From assembly GCA_047637555.1 (NCBI GenBank), contig JBLIKX010000001.1, forward strand, positions 8,294 to 72,293: a stretch of 64,000 nucleotides of DNA. The letters are read 5' to 3'. The position numbers and the translations under genes were made by a program. How positions within the stretch are numbered: position 1 is the stretch's first letter; the number at the start of each line of letters is the position of its first letter. Of this stretch, positions 40,484 through 51,163 are shown piece after piece. The notes under the pieces were generated by a model. The model made no database searches and was not told the origin of the DNA. It saw only the letters and a program-made list of their open reading frames with translations. The DNA is from Crocinitomicaceae bacterium (GTDB lineage: Bacteria > Patescibacteriota > Minisyncoccia > Phycocordibacterales > UBA1006).

Positions 40484-41539
40484 ATGAATAGTTTTTTACA
40501 AAAAATTTATAATAAATTCTCAAATGATATTGGAATTGATTTAGGTACAGCAAATACACTTGTTCATGTAAAAGGACAGGGTGTTTTAATCAACGAACCA
40601 TCGGTTGTTGCCATGAATACAAAAACAAATCGAGTAGTCGCTGTCGGGAATGACGCTCGAGAAATGCTAGGGAGAAATCCAGGGCACATTGACGTTATTC
40701 GACCACTAGTAGATGGTGTAATTTCAGATTTTGATGTTACCGAAGAAATGCTTTCATATTTAATTCGAAAGGCAGAATCTAAATCAAAGAAGTTTTTTAG
40801 ACCACGCGTTATTGTTGGGGTACCATCAGGAATAACCAACGTGGAACACCGTGCCGTTTATGATGCTTCTCACAATGCTGGAGCCAGAGAAGTTTATATT
40901 ATTGAAGAACCAATGGCTGCGGCTGTTGGGTTGGGACTACCGGTTCTCGAACCTGTAGGTTCAATGGTTATTGATATTGGCGGAGGTACCACCGATATTG
41001 CGGTTATATCTCTAGCTGGAGTGGTTCAGTCCAAAAATATTAAAATTGCTGGAGATAAGCTAAATCAAGATATCATTACCTATCTTCGTGATGAGTTTAA
41101 AATTCTTGTAGGAGAAAAAACAGCAGAAGAAATTAAAATCAAAATTGGTGCAATCAGTGATCACGAACAACTTGAATCAGAAATCAGAGGGAGAGATATT
41201 ATTACTGGTTTACCTCGGCAAATTTTGGTAAACAATTATGATATTCGCGAGGCAATTAATCACTCTATTTTAATCATTGTTGAGGGGGTAAAAGAGGTAC
41301 TTGAAAAAACACCACCAGAAATTGTTTCTGATGTTATGCAGCGAGGTATTTATCTTGTTGGAGGTGGAGCTATGATTGGTGGATTAGATGAACTTTTAAG
41401 GCGTGAATTAGAAATACCTGTTTACGTAGGAGAAGATCCTTTGTATGCAGTCGTAGTTGGAACGGGATTAGTGCTTGATCGGATCGACGATTATAAAGAA
41501 GTCCTAATTCACGAAGATGATGAGTTACCGTTACGATAA
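40484..41539 (+). CDS. mreB: rod shape-determining actin homolog MreB
   Basis: DIGIDLGTANTLV, VGVPSGITNVEHRA, IDIGGGTTDIAVIS, YLVGGGA actin-fold motifs. Confidence 0.95.
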   Translation: MNSFLQKIYNKFSNDIGIDLGTANTLVHVKGQGVLINEPSVVAMNTKTNRVVAVGNDAREMLGRNPGHIDVIRPLVDGVISDFDVTEEMLSYLIRKAESKSKKFFRPRVIVGVPSGITNVEHRAVYDASHNAGAREVYIIEEPMAAAVGLGLPVLEPVGSMVIDIGGGTTDIAVISLAGVVQSKNIKIAGDKLNQDIITYLRDEFKILVGEKTAEEIKIKIGAISDHEQLESEIRGRDIITGLPRQILVNNYDIREAINHSILIIVEGVKEVLEKTPPEIVSDVMQRGIYLVGGGAMIGGLDELLRRELEIPVYVGEDPLYAVVVGTGLVLDRIDDYKEVLIHEDDELPLR

Positions 41540-42305
41540 GCAAAGACAGGTACGAAAACGTTGGTATATTTTTGGTACCATTTTTTTACTAATTGCCTTA
41601 TTTACACCAATATATTCTTGGTTTTTTGACATGCTTGAAAAACCGTTTGAGAAAAATTGGTCAGACCGAATTGCGTTAGAGGTTGAATCAAAAAATATTT
41701 TTCAATCATTCTATAACAAACAACGTATTATTGATGAAAATCAAACGCTAAAAGAAGATGTTAGACGATTAGAAATAGATAATCTACGTACTCGTTATTT
41801 ATCAGAGGAATTGGAGAAAAATTTATTATTACAAGAATTAACTAATATAGTACCTGCACATGTTGTACGTCGTGATATTTATGGCTCATCTGATATTTTT
41901 TTGATCAACCAAGGTGACGATACTGGATTGGCTGTTGGTGATAAGGTACTAAATTACAATAAAGTACTAATAGGGTATATTTCAGAGTTATATGATACAA
42001 GCTCAGAAGTAACATTATTTTCTCACGTGGATGAAACGCGAAATGGGATTCTATTTCCACATGATATTACGCTAAATGTTGAAGGGCATGGAAATGGTAC
42101 CTTTAAAATAAATGCTCCACGTGAGATTAATATAGTTGAGAATGATATATTTTATGATTTAGAAAATCCTGGTTTTATTATTGGAATTGTAAGAGAGGTA
42201 GTGTTTGACGCTCGAGACCCATTTAAACAAGTATACCTATCGTACCCTATGAGCCTTAATGAAATAAATTTAGTTGGAATTAAAAAAAGCACCCAAATCA
42301 ATTAG
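41517..42305 (+). CDS. mreC: rod shape-determining protein MreC
   Basis: immediately downstream of and overlapping mreB; N-terminal TM and coiled coil; beta-rich C-domain; 262 aa. Confidence 0.7.
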   Translation: MMSYRYDKQRQVRKRWYIFGTIFLLIALFTPIYSWFFDMLEKPFEKNWSDRIALEVESKNIFQSFYNKQRIIDENQTLKEDVRRLEIDNLRTRYLSEELEKNLLLQELTNIVPAHVVRRDIYGSSDIFLINQGDDTGLAVGDKVLNYNKVLIGYISELYDTSSEVTLFSHVDETRNGILFPHDITLNVEGHGNGTFKINAPREINIVENDIFYDLENPGFIIGIVREVVFDARDPFKQVYLSYPMSLNEINLVGIKKSTQIN

Positions 42306-42416
42306 TATTGAATGGGTGTTTTATATTCGTATAGGCATAAAATCACTATTTTTTACATTGTCTTTTTAGTAATTTAAATAATTCTTCCTTTTTAATTACT
42401 CTTGGGTATACTTTGA

Positions 42417-43637
<1,221 letters not shown>

Positions 43638-43649
43638 TCTGTTGGTTTT

Positions 43650-43928
43650 TTATCCTTCAATAACTGAAACAACTTTTTTTATCTTAACGCTCCCGTTAAA
43701 ATGTTTTTTTCGAGTATGACTGAATTTTACAGTTCCTTCTTTTAAGGCGAACAATGTATGATCTTTTCCGATTCCTACATTAACTCCTGCCATGGTTTTT
43801 GTACCACGTTGTCGAACAATAATTGATCCAACTTGTGCTGATTGTCCGTCAGCTAGTTTCAATCCTAAATACTTTGGATTTGAATCTCGGAGGTTTTTTG
43901 CCGAACCACCGGCTTTCCTATGTGCCAT
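43650..43928 (-). CDS. rpmA: 50S ribosomal protein L27
   Basis: [24 protein letters not shown]...IIVRQRGTK signature. Confidence 0.9.
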   Translation of the reverse strand: MAHRKAGGSAKNLRDSNPKYLGLKLADGQSAQVGSIIVRQRGTKTMAGVNVGIGKDHTLFALKEGTVKFSHTRKKHFNGSVKIKKVVSVIEG

Positions 43929-43999
43929 ATATAATTACGAGTTCTTATAAACAAGAACCTTGTGTAGTATACTTAGTGTTAATAATAGAAAGCAGGATA

Positions 44000-44398
44000 A
44001 TGGGTCCTAACAATCAGAGTAACATGCGGATTATAAACAAAGTAAACAAAAAAATCAAGGACCTGGTACATCATAAATGGTTTGATGAGGTTTTGTGGGT
44101 TACCCTTATTATGTTTGTGGGACTTGGTATGTTTTCCTTTGGGGTAGTGTACCAACGCCATGCATATCTAGAGCGTAATCCTCTACTCATCGAATATTCT
44201 GATGAAGCAATTGCTTTATGGGAAACCTATCAAAATATTAAAACAGAGAACCAAGAATTCTTTGGCTCAAAGAATGGATCGATAGTCTATCCTGTTGGAT
44301 GTACAAAAGGAAATCGTATTAAAGAAGAGAATATAGTATTTTTTGGAAGTTTAAATGATGCAACTGAAAGAGGATATAAAAAAGTAGAAGGGTGTTAA
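44000..44398 (+). CDS. hypothetical membrane protein with a C-terminal Ada metal-binding-like domain (Cys ligands mostly absent)
   Basis: SIVYPVGCTKGNRIKEENIVFFGSLNDATERGYKK parallels the Ada_Zn_binding pattern (..Y.V.TTGIYCRPSC...ENV.FF.S...A...GFRPCKRC); the track ORF from 43823 begins with TTG and overlaps rpmA, so start ATG 44000 is used. Confidence 0.4.
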   Translation: MGPNNQSNMRIINKVNKKIKDLVHHKWFDEVLWVTLIMFVGLGMFSFGVVYQRHAYLERNPLLIEYSDEAIALWETYQNIKTENQEFFGSKNGSIVYPVGCTKGNRIKEENIVFFGSLNDATERGYKKVEGC

Positions 44399-44405
44399 TT
44401 AGGTA

Positions 44406-44687
44406 TTATAAAAAACGAAACTGCTCACCTAAATTTTCTTTTAAAATATTCATGATCACTTCTGGCGAGACGTCATCATATATCCTAAACTGCTGTTTAT
44501 ACATTTTCCCAGTTACTGTTAGTAAATGACATCCAGATTCTGAGCTGTGTTTAACTGTAGTTCTATGGTCTCGTCTACCTTTAATAGAAATGATAATTCC
44601 ATAGCTGGTATTAATAATCCTATGTTTTTTAAGAAGTTTATTGATAATTCTGACTGAGTTTATTGCGGTTGTTTTGGAGCCTCTCAT
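44406..44687 (-). CDS. hypothetical basic protein (93 aa)
   Basis: no confident motif; faint OB-fold/IF-1-like GKMYKQQFRIY stretch. Confidence 0.3.
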   Translation of the reverse strand: MRGSKTTAINSVRIINKLLKKHRIINTSYGIIISIKGRRDHRTTVKHSSESGCHLLTVTGKMYKQQFRIYDDVSPEVIMNILKENLGEQFRFL

Positions 44688-45135
44688 AATTATTGTTTTA
44701 GGAATTTTCTCTGGTTATCCAGAAAAATTTATTGAAATAAATGAGCGCTAGTGAATATTATTTACGGTATACTCTTGGTTATAGAACTGTACCTCGAGTG
44801 TATTTCGATTTTTACAGTCACTTTCGCTTTCTTAAAAATTATGCAATTCATAATAGTCGCTGAACTCCTTTATTCATCTAACTATAGCACGTTGACACAT
44901 TTTATGACTTTGTTAATGTGGTCGGAGATTAAAAGTAGTCACTAATTAAATAATTCAAAAATCATTTTTAAATGCACTTAAATTCAGTACGACCATCAAG
45001 CATTTTTCCAAGAGTTAACTATTTTAATAAACCTCGAAAAAAGTAAATATTTCTTCATAAAACAACAATACTTCTATTTTTTTTTGAGGTATTTTTTATT
45101 TCCTTATCATGCTAAATCTGCCATTATTTACAAAT

Positions 45136-45640
45136 ATGAATACATCAAAAGAAGTTACTCTTATCGAATTTTTATTTGTTATCTCAATTATTGGATTATT
45201 ATCCACCATTATTGTAGGCAGCTTGTGCGATGATCGAGCTTGAGATATTAAACAACTTGGAAGTATTAGAACAATTCAAATGGCATTAGAAATTTATAAT
45301 TTAGATAATGGTTTTTATCCCCCACATGCTGTTTAACTTGCGTTCAACCTAATTCATCTAAGGGTGCTTAGGTATAAAGTCCATATACTTCTTGGGAAAA
45401 TCTAAGTTTTGGACTAGGAATCACATTAGTTGTTGATATTATAAATTATGAAGGTTTGAGTACCACAATTGGAGATAGACTATATAATTATGATTATTTC
45501 AAATCTGTTCCTAGTTACCCAAAAGGTTCAGGATATTTTATTAAAGTTAAACTAAAATCAGATTTTTCCTGCAACTACTTTAGATCCTGAGGTTAAACCT
45601 TGTGATACGGGTACTAAATATTATTAGGGTTCTGGTATTA
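45136..45640 (+). pseudogene. decayed type IV pilin / GspG-like pseudopilin gene (in-frame TGA, then frame breaks)
   Basis: MNTSKEVTLIEFLFVISIIGLLSTIIVGSLCDDRA-TGA-DIKQLGSIRTIQMALEIYNLDNGFYPPHAV-TAA in one frame (45136-45336); pilin-like pieces such as NYDYFKSVPSYPKGSGYFIKVKL continue to ~45640 in other frames. Confidence 0.5.
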
Positions 45641-45713
45641 CCATATGAGCATCTCCTCTTTTACAAGTTCTCGTAGGGCTTTTTTGTTTTAATAAATTCG
45701 CTATAGTGTTTGT

Positions 45714-47744
45714 ATGTCACAAAAGTTTAATCTTCAATCAGAATATTCACCTGCAGGTGATCAGCCAAAGGCCATAGAGACTCTCGTTAGTGGACTTAAA
45801 AAAGGTCAGGAAAAACAAACACTCCTAGGAATAACCGGTTCAGGTAAAACTTTTACGATGGCAAATGTGATCCAGCAAGTCCAACAGCCAACTTTGGTTA
45901 TTGCCCACAACAAGACACTTGCTGCTCAATTAGCACAGGAATTTCAAGAATTTTTTCCAGAGAATGCCGTTCATTATTTTGTTTCCTATTATGATTACTA
46001 TCAGCCTGAGGCCTATGTTACAGCGAGTGATACATACATCGAAAAAGACGCACAAATTAATGATGAAATTAATCGCCTTCGTCATGCAACAACTCAATCC
46101 TTGTTACTACGTAATGATGTAATTATTGTGGCATCTGTTTCGTGTATTTATGGTTTAGGTTCACCGAAAGAGTATTTTGACAAAAACTTTTTAATTACGG
46201 TTGGTGAGAAATTATCTAAAATAGATATTATGCGGCGACTCGTTGAAATTCAATTTGATAGAACAACGGCCGATCTTACTCCTGGAGCATTTCGTTCGAT
46301 AGGAAACACTATTGATATTATGCCAACGTCGTCTGAAAAGATTATGTACAGTATTGATATCACAGGAGGGGTGGTAGATCAAATTCAAGTCATTAATCCT
46401 GTTTCAGGAGTTATCCTAGAAGAAATTGATCATATTGTTATTTTTCCAGCAAAACATTTTATGACTGATGGTGACAAGAAAGAGACTGCCATGAAACTTA
46501 TTAAGGAAGAATTAAATAAATCTCTAGCAGAATTTCAAAAGGAAAATAAATATTTAGAATATGACCGTTTAAAGCGTCGGACAGAATATGATTTGGCAAT
46601 GATTCGTGAGGTTGGTTATTGTTCAGGTATTGAAAACTATTCGAGACACCTTTCTGGTAAGAAAGAAGGAGAGGCTCCAGACACACTAATCTCATATTTT
46701 CCTCATGATAAAAACGGCAAACCAGAATTCCTAACAATTATAGATGAGTCTCACATGACGATTCCACAAATCCGTGCGATGTATGCAGGCGATCAATCTC
46801 GAAAAGGAAATTTAGTACAACACGGATTCAGACTACCTAGTGCCAAAGACAACCGGCCCTTACAATTTCCTGAATTTGAGAATCGTGTTGGTCAGCAAGT
46901 CTACGTTTCGGCAACACCAGCAGATTATGAACGAGAGGTCTCAGAAACCCTGGTTGAGCAAATTATTCGTCCAACAGGACTCCTAGATCCAATCGTAGAA
47001 CAACACGGTGTAAAGGCTCGAACAGAGGACGATTATCCAGGTCAAATTCAACATTTTATTGCTCAGGCACAAATTGATATTGAAAAAGGCGGACGGGTAC
47101 TCGCAACAACGCTCACCAAAAAAATGGCAGAGGATTTATCAATATACCTCAAGGATAAAGAAATAAAGGCAGAGTATTTACATAGTGATGTAAAGACCAT
47201 GGACCGTATCAAAATTATTACTGAGTTTAGGAAGGGAAGCTTTGATATTTTGATTGGGGTTAATTTATTACGTGAAGGGTTAGATTTACCAGAGGTAACC
47301 TTAATTGGGATTCTTGACGCAGATAAGGCAGGGTTTTTGCGTTCTAAAACATCATTAGTTCAAACAATTGGACGTGCTGCTCGTAATCAGAATGGTCGTG
47401 TTATTGTCTATGCTGATCATATGACAGAAGCTCTTGAATTTGCGGTTTCTGAAACAGCTCGTCGCCGAAAATTGCAACAGATCCATAATAAAAAGAATAA
47501 CATCACTCCAGCGACAATTAAAAAAACTATTCATGATATTACCGAACGTATGCAATCAGAACATGTAAAGACGGTTTTGAGTGAAATGGAAACAGATCTT
47601 TCTGCCTTTAGTGGGAATATTAAAAAATTAATTAAGTATAAAAAGAGGGCAATGAACGATGCTGTGAAGGAGTTAGATTTTGAACGTGCGGCTATTGTAC
47701 GGGATCAGTTGATTGAGTTGGAGGGAAGGCTAGGTGAAGAATAA
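45714..47744 (+). CDS. uvrB: excinuclease ABC subunit B
   Basis: GITGSGKT Walker A, helicase motifs, C-terminal UvrB/UvrC interaction coiled coil; 676 aa. Confidence 0.95.
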   Translation: MSQKFNLQSEYSPAGDQPKAIETLVSGLKKGQEKQTLLGITGSGKTFTMANVIQQVQQPTLVIAHNKTLAAQLAQEFQEFFPENAVHYFVSYYDYYQPEAYVTASDTYIEKDAQINDEINRLRHATTQSLLLRNDVIIVASVSCIYGLGSPKEYFDKNFLITVGEKLSKIDIMRRLVEIQFDRTTADLTPGAFRSIGNTIDIMPTSSEKIMYSIDITGGVVDQIQVINPVSGVILEEIDHIVIFPAKHFMTDGDKKETAMKLIKEELNKSLAEFQKENKYLEYDRLKRRTEYDLAMIREVGYCSGIENYSRHLSGKKEGEAPDTLISYFPHDKNGKPEFLTIIDESHMTIPQIRAMYAGDQSRKGNLVQHGFRLPSAKDNRPLQFPEFENRVGQQVYVSATPADYEREVSETLVEQIIRPTGLLDPIVEQHGVKARTEDDYPGQIQHFIAQAQIDIEKGGRVLATTLTKKMAEDLSIYLKDKEIKAEYLHSDVKTMDRIKIITEFRKGSFDILIGVNLLREGLDLPEVTLIGILDADKAGFLRSKTSLVQTIGRAARNQNGRVIVYADHMTEALEFAVSETARRRKLQQIHNKKNNITPATIKKTIHDITERMQSEHVKTVLSEMETDLSAFSGNIKKLIKYKKRAMNDAVKELDFERAAIVRDQLIELEGRLGEE

Positions 47745-48240
47745 AAAACCAGTTATTAAGGTTTTTTATTTTAAATTCATATGAAATAAAAACATATTCT
47801 TTTTCGATGACACTGTATATTCCTAAAATACTAAAAAATATAATGATTCTTCATAACTACAAGTATCAAGTATTTTATAATTCTTATCTCTATACTAGGA
47901 GCAAAAAAAGTTCTTAGCTCTGGAACATTAAGACTCTTCACTATTAATATAAATGAAATTGTTGTTGTTCTTTGAACATAAATACAAAAAAATTCTAGAG
48001 CAAGAAAAATTTTTCAAACGGTTTTGGAATAAAAAAATCTTGTTTATATCTTTTTTCTTCTCCATACATCTATTTTTTTTATTTTAACTATTTTGAATTA
48101 CTGTAGTAAATGAATAAACGAGTGCAACGATTATAGTATTTTTTTTACTGAATTTTCTAGATCCTTATTGAAAATACCTAGAACATTTTTAGGTAGACTT
48201 TCCATATAAAACTTTCTGACTATAATGAAAGAATACTATT

Positions 48241-50886
48241 ATGGCAAAAGCAGATCAAAATAAAATAAACCAGGAATGGATTACTATTAAGGGTGCGCGA
48301 ACGCATAACTTGAAAGATATCGATGTTCAAATCCCTCGTAATAAAATGACCGTTATTACAGGTCTTTCGGGGTCAGGAAAATCATCGTTGGCATTTGATA
48401 CGATATTTGCGGAAGGACAACGACGATATGTTGAATCACTATCGAGTTATGCGCGTCAATTCTTGAACCAAATGTCGAAACCTGATGTAGATGAAATTAC
48501 AGGTCTCTCCCCAGCGATTTCAATTGATCAAAAAACACGATCAAATAATCCACGTTCAACGATTGCGACTATTACAGAAATCTATGATTATTTGCGTATT
48601 CTCTACGCACGAATAGGACAGCCATTTTCTCCTATTTCTGGTTTACGGATCAAAAAACTTTCAAATCAAGAAATTCTAGATTTTGTTTTTAAGATTGTGG
48701 AAAAAAACAAAGATCCTAAAAAAGCTAAAAAGGTTATGGGAGTGTCGGTTGATGAAATGCAGGTACATATTTTAACACCAGTCATTCGAGGAAGAAAAGG
48801 TGAGCACTATCAATTAATGTATGACATGTTGAACAAGGGATACGCCAAGGCCCGCGTTGATGGATCAATGAAGAGTCTACGCAAACAAATAAAACTGACT
48901 AAAACAAAAAAACATGACATTGACTTTGTTGTGGATAGTTTTGCCGTTCATGAATTTACAGATAACCCGGACGATGTACGATTGCGACTAGGAGAGGCGG
49001 TAGAGAAGGCTATCGACGAGTCAGAAGGGATGATCAAGATCCTTGTTGAAACAGAATCAGGTGAATTAATTGATGAAACATTGATGTCTGCGAAATTAGT
49101 TTGTCCGGAAGATGGGTATGTTTTTCCCGAGATTGAACCACGACTTTTTTCGTTTAACTCACCCTACGGTGCATGTCCTACTTGTAATGGACTAGGAACA
49201 AAGCATATGTTTGGGGAAGATGTTTGCCCTGAATGTATGGGTGCACGATTAAGACCAGAAGCCTTGCAAGTGTTTCTTGGAAAATATGACAAAGATAATA
49301 ATGTTGTTGATCACGAAGACCATCGAAAAAACATCGATGATTTTGTTGATATGAAAATCTCAGAGGCCTATGAATTCATGGCTGAAATTGATCTAACCGA
49401 AAAAGAAGCAAAAATTGCAGCACCGCTATTACGAGAAATTGAAAACCGTCTTGAGTTTCTTATGTCTGTTGGGTTGGAATATCTTTCATTAGGTCGCCGA
49501 GCTCATACGCTCTCTGGTGGAGAGTCTCAGCGTATTCGTTTAGCGTCACAACTAGGTTCTCAACTTGTTGGGGCTCTATATGTACTTGACGAGCCAACGA
49601 TTGGTCTGCATGCACGCGATAATAAACGCCTTATTCAAACCCTTCGTGAGCTGACTGAAAAAGGAAATACTATTATCGTAGTAGAACACGATGAGGAAAC
49701 AATTTTTGCATCTGACTATTTAATAGAGATTGGTCCAGGTGCAGGAAAGCACGGGGGAGAAGTAATTGTTGCTGATGAATTACAAAAATTATTAAAGTCT
49801 CCAGCATCTATTAAGAAATCACTTACCTTGCAATATCTGACCGGTAAGAAAAAGATTGAATTACCAATAAGACGACGCACCAAAGACAAGGGGGGAATTG
49901 CTATCGAAGGTATTGTTCATAATAATTTAAAGAATGTGAATATTGAAATTCCATTAAATAAACTAACCTGTATCACCGGTGTTTCTGGATCTGGAAAATC
50001 ATCATTTATGCATGGGGTTTTGGCTAAAAATATGGAAGCACGTCTATCACGACGGAATAAATCAAATGAGGTTATTCGTGCACACACGGCACATGGATTT
50101 AGTCAGATTTCTCGGGGAATTGTAATTGATCAGTCTCCTATTGGAAGAACACCTCGTAGTAACCCGGCAACGTATACAGGAGCCTTTGATCATATCCGCG
50201 ACCTCTTTGCCGAAACAACCGAAGCGCAAATTCGTGGTTGGAAGGCCGGACGGTTTTCGTTTAATACCAAAGGAGGAAGATGTGAGGCTTGTCAGGGGCG
50301 AGGAACAGTAGCTGTTGAAATGGGATTTCTACCGACTGTTCATGTGACCTGTGATGTCTGTATGGGAAAACGCTACGAAAAAGAAACCTTACAGGTTCAA
50401 TTTAAAGGAAAGAATATTTACCAAGTTTTAGAGATGAATATTGAAGACGCACAAAAATTCTTTGGTGATATTCCAGCAATTAATGATCGTTTGGTTACAA
50501 TGTTACAAACAGGGTTAGGTTATTTAAAATTGGGACAACCAGCTAATACTCTCTCTGGAGGAGAATCACAACGCGTAAAGATCTCTTCTGAATTATACCG
50601 ACCTCAATTAGATAAAACATTGTATCTATTAGATGAGCCAACGGTTGGTCTACATTTTGAAGATGTAAAAAAATTAATTGAAATTATTCAACGATTGGTA
50701 AACAAAGGTAATACTGTTGTGGTAATCGAACATAATATGGATTTGATTAAATGTTCAGATTATATGATTGATTTTGGTCCAAAATCAGGAGACGAAGGAG
50801 GAAAGGTAGTCGCAAAGGGTACCCCAGAAAATATTGTAGATAATAAAAATTCAGTAACCGGAGAATTCTTACGAAAACATTTATAA
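48241..50886 (+). CDS. uvrA: excinuclease ABC subunit A
   Basis: two ABC ATPase modules (GLSGSGKSSLAFDT and GVSGSGKSS Walker A, two LSGGE signatures) and Zn-finger Cys clusters; 881 aa. Confidence 0.95.
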   Translation: MAKADQNKINQEWITIKGARTHNLKDIDVQIPRNKMTVITGLSGSGKSSLAFDTIFAEGQRRYVESLSSYARQFLNQMSKPDVDEITGLSPAISIDQKTRSNNPRSTIATITEIYDYLRILYARIGQPFSPISGLRIKKLSNQEILDFVFKIVEKNKDPKKAKKVMGVSVDEMQVHILTPVIRGRKGEHYQLMYDMLNKGYAKARVDGSMKSLRKQIKLTKTKKHDIDFVVDSFAVHEFTDNPDDVRLRLGEAVEKAIDESEGMIKILVETESGELIDETLMSAKLVCPEDGYVFPEIEPRLFSFNSPYGACPTCNGLGTKHMFGEDVCPECMGARLRPEALQVFLGKYDKDNNVVDHEDHRKNIDDFVDMKISEAYEFMAEIDLTEKEAKIAAPLLREIENRLEFLMSVGLEYLSLGRRAHTLSGGESQRIRLASQLGSQLVGALYVLDEPTIGLHARDNKRLIQTLRELTEKGNTIIVVEHDEETIFASDYLIEIGPGAGKHGGEVIVADELQKLLKSPASIKKSLTLQYLTGKKKIELPIRRRTKDKGGIAIEGIVHNNLKNVNIEIPLNKLTCITGVSGSGKSSFMHGVLAKNMEARLSRRNKSNEVIRAHTAHGFSQISRGIVIDQSPIGRTPRSNPATYTGAFDHIRDLFAETTEAQIRGWKAGRFSFNTKGGRCEACQGRGTVAVEMGFLPTVHVTCDVCMGKRYEKETLQVQFKGKNIYQVLEMNIEDAQKFFGDIPAINDRLVTMLQTGLGYLKLGQPANTLSGGESQRVKISSELYRPQLDKTLYLLDEPTVGLHFEDVKKLIEIIQRLVNKGNTVVVIEHNMDLIKCSDYMIDFGPKSGDEGGKVVAKGTPENIVDNKNSVTGEFLRKHL

Positions 50887-50914
50887 AAAAACCACTCAAC
50901 CTTGAGTGGTTTTA
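50885..50914. terminator. terminator after uvrA
   Basis: accactcaa-cc-ttgagtggt 9-bp stem, short T tract. Confidence 0.55.
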
Positions 50915-51163
50915 ACTTATTGACGATGTTTTTTCCTCTTAAATCACTAAAATTATGATAGGAATAAAGATGAGTGGTTTGTATTTTAGGTTTTAAATAT
51001 TTATTTTTATCTTCTTATTTGAACCTAATTTCAGCTTACTGAGTAGTTCAATAATATTCCTTTTATTTACAATACTCATATAATTCTATTTTGTAAATAC
51101 CCCTTTCAAGGGTCTTGCTAATAATAATACTCTATGTTATCGTGACGGAAGTACAGATAAAAT

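Noticed and set aside
43823-43999. 5' extension of the Ada-like ORF given in the track (starting at 43823 with TTG)
   Set aside because: It overlaps rpmA on the opposite strand and begins with a non-ATG codon. The internal ATG at 44000, just past the rpmA 5' end, is the plausible start.
44978-44991. 14-nt match aaattcagtacgac shared with the rnpB region (20128-20141)
   Set aside because: At this length and AT content several chance matches are expected in 64 kb; no extended similarity either side.
45241-45243. In-frame TGA in the pilin-like gene as evidence of a UGA-sense genetic code (code 4/25)
   Set aside because: Long essential genes (rpoB, rpoC, uvrA, alaS) are intact under the standard code and TGA terminates the NUDIX gene at 55554-55556, so a pseudogene or sequencing error is the better explanation.
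47745-48240. LexA/SOS box between uvrB and uvrA
   Set aside because: Only a half-site-like ctgtatat was seen, with no matching ACAG partner at the correct spacing; no lexA gene is in the window.
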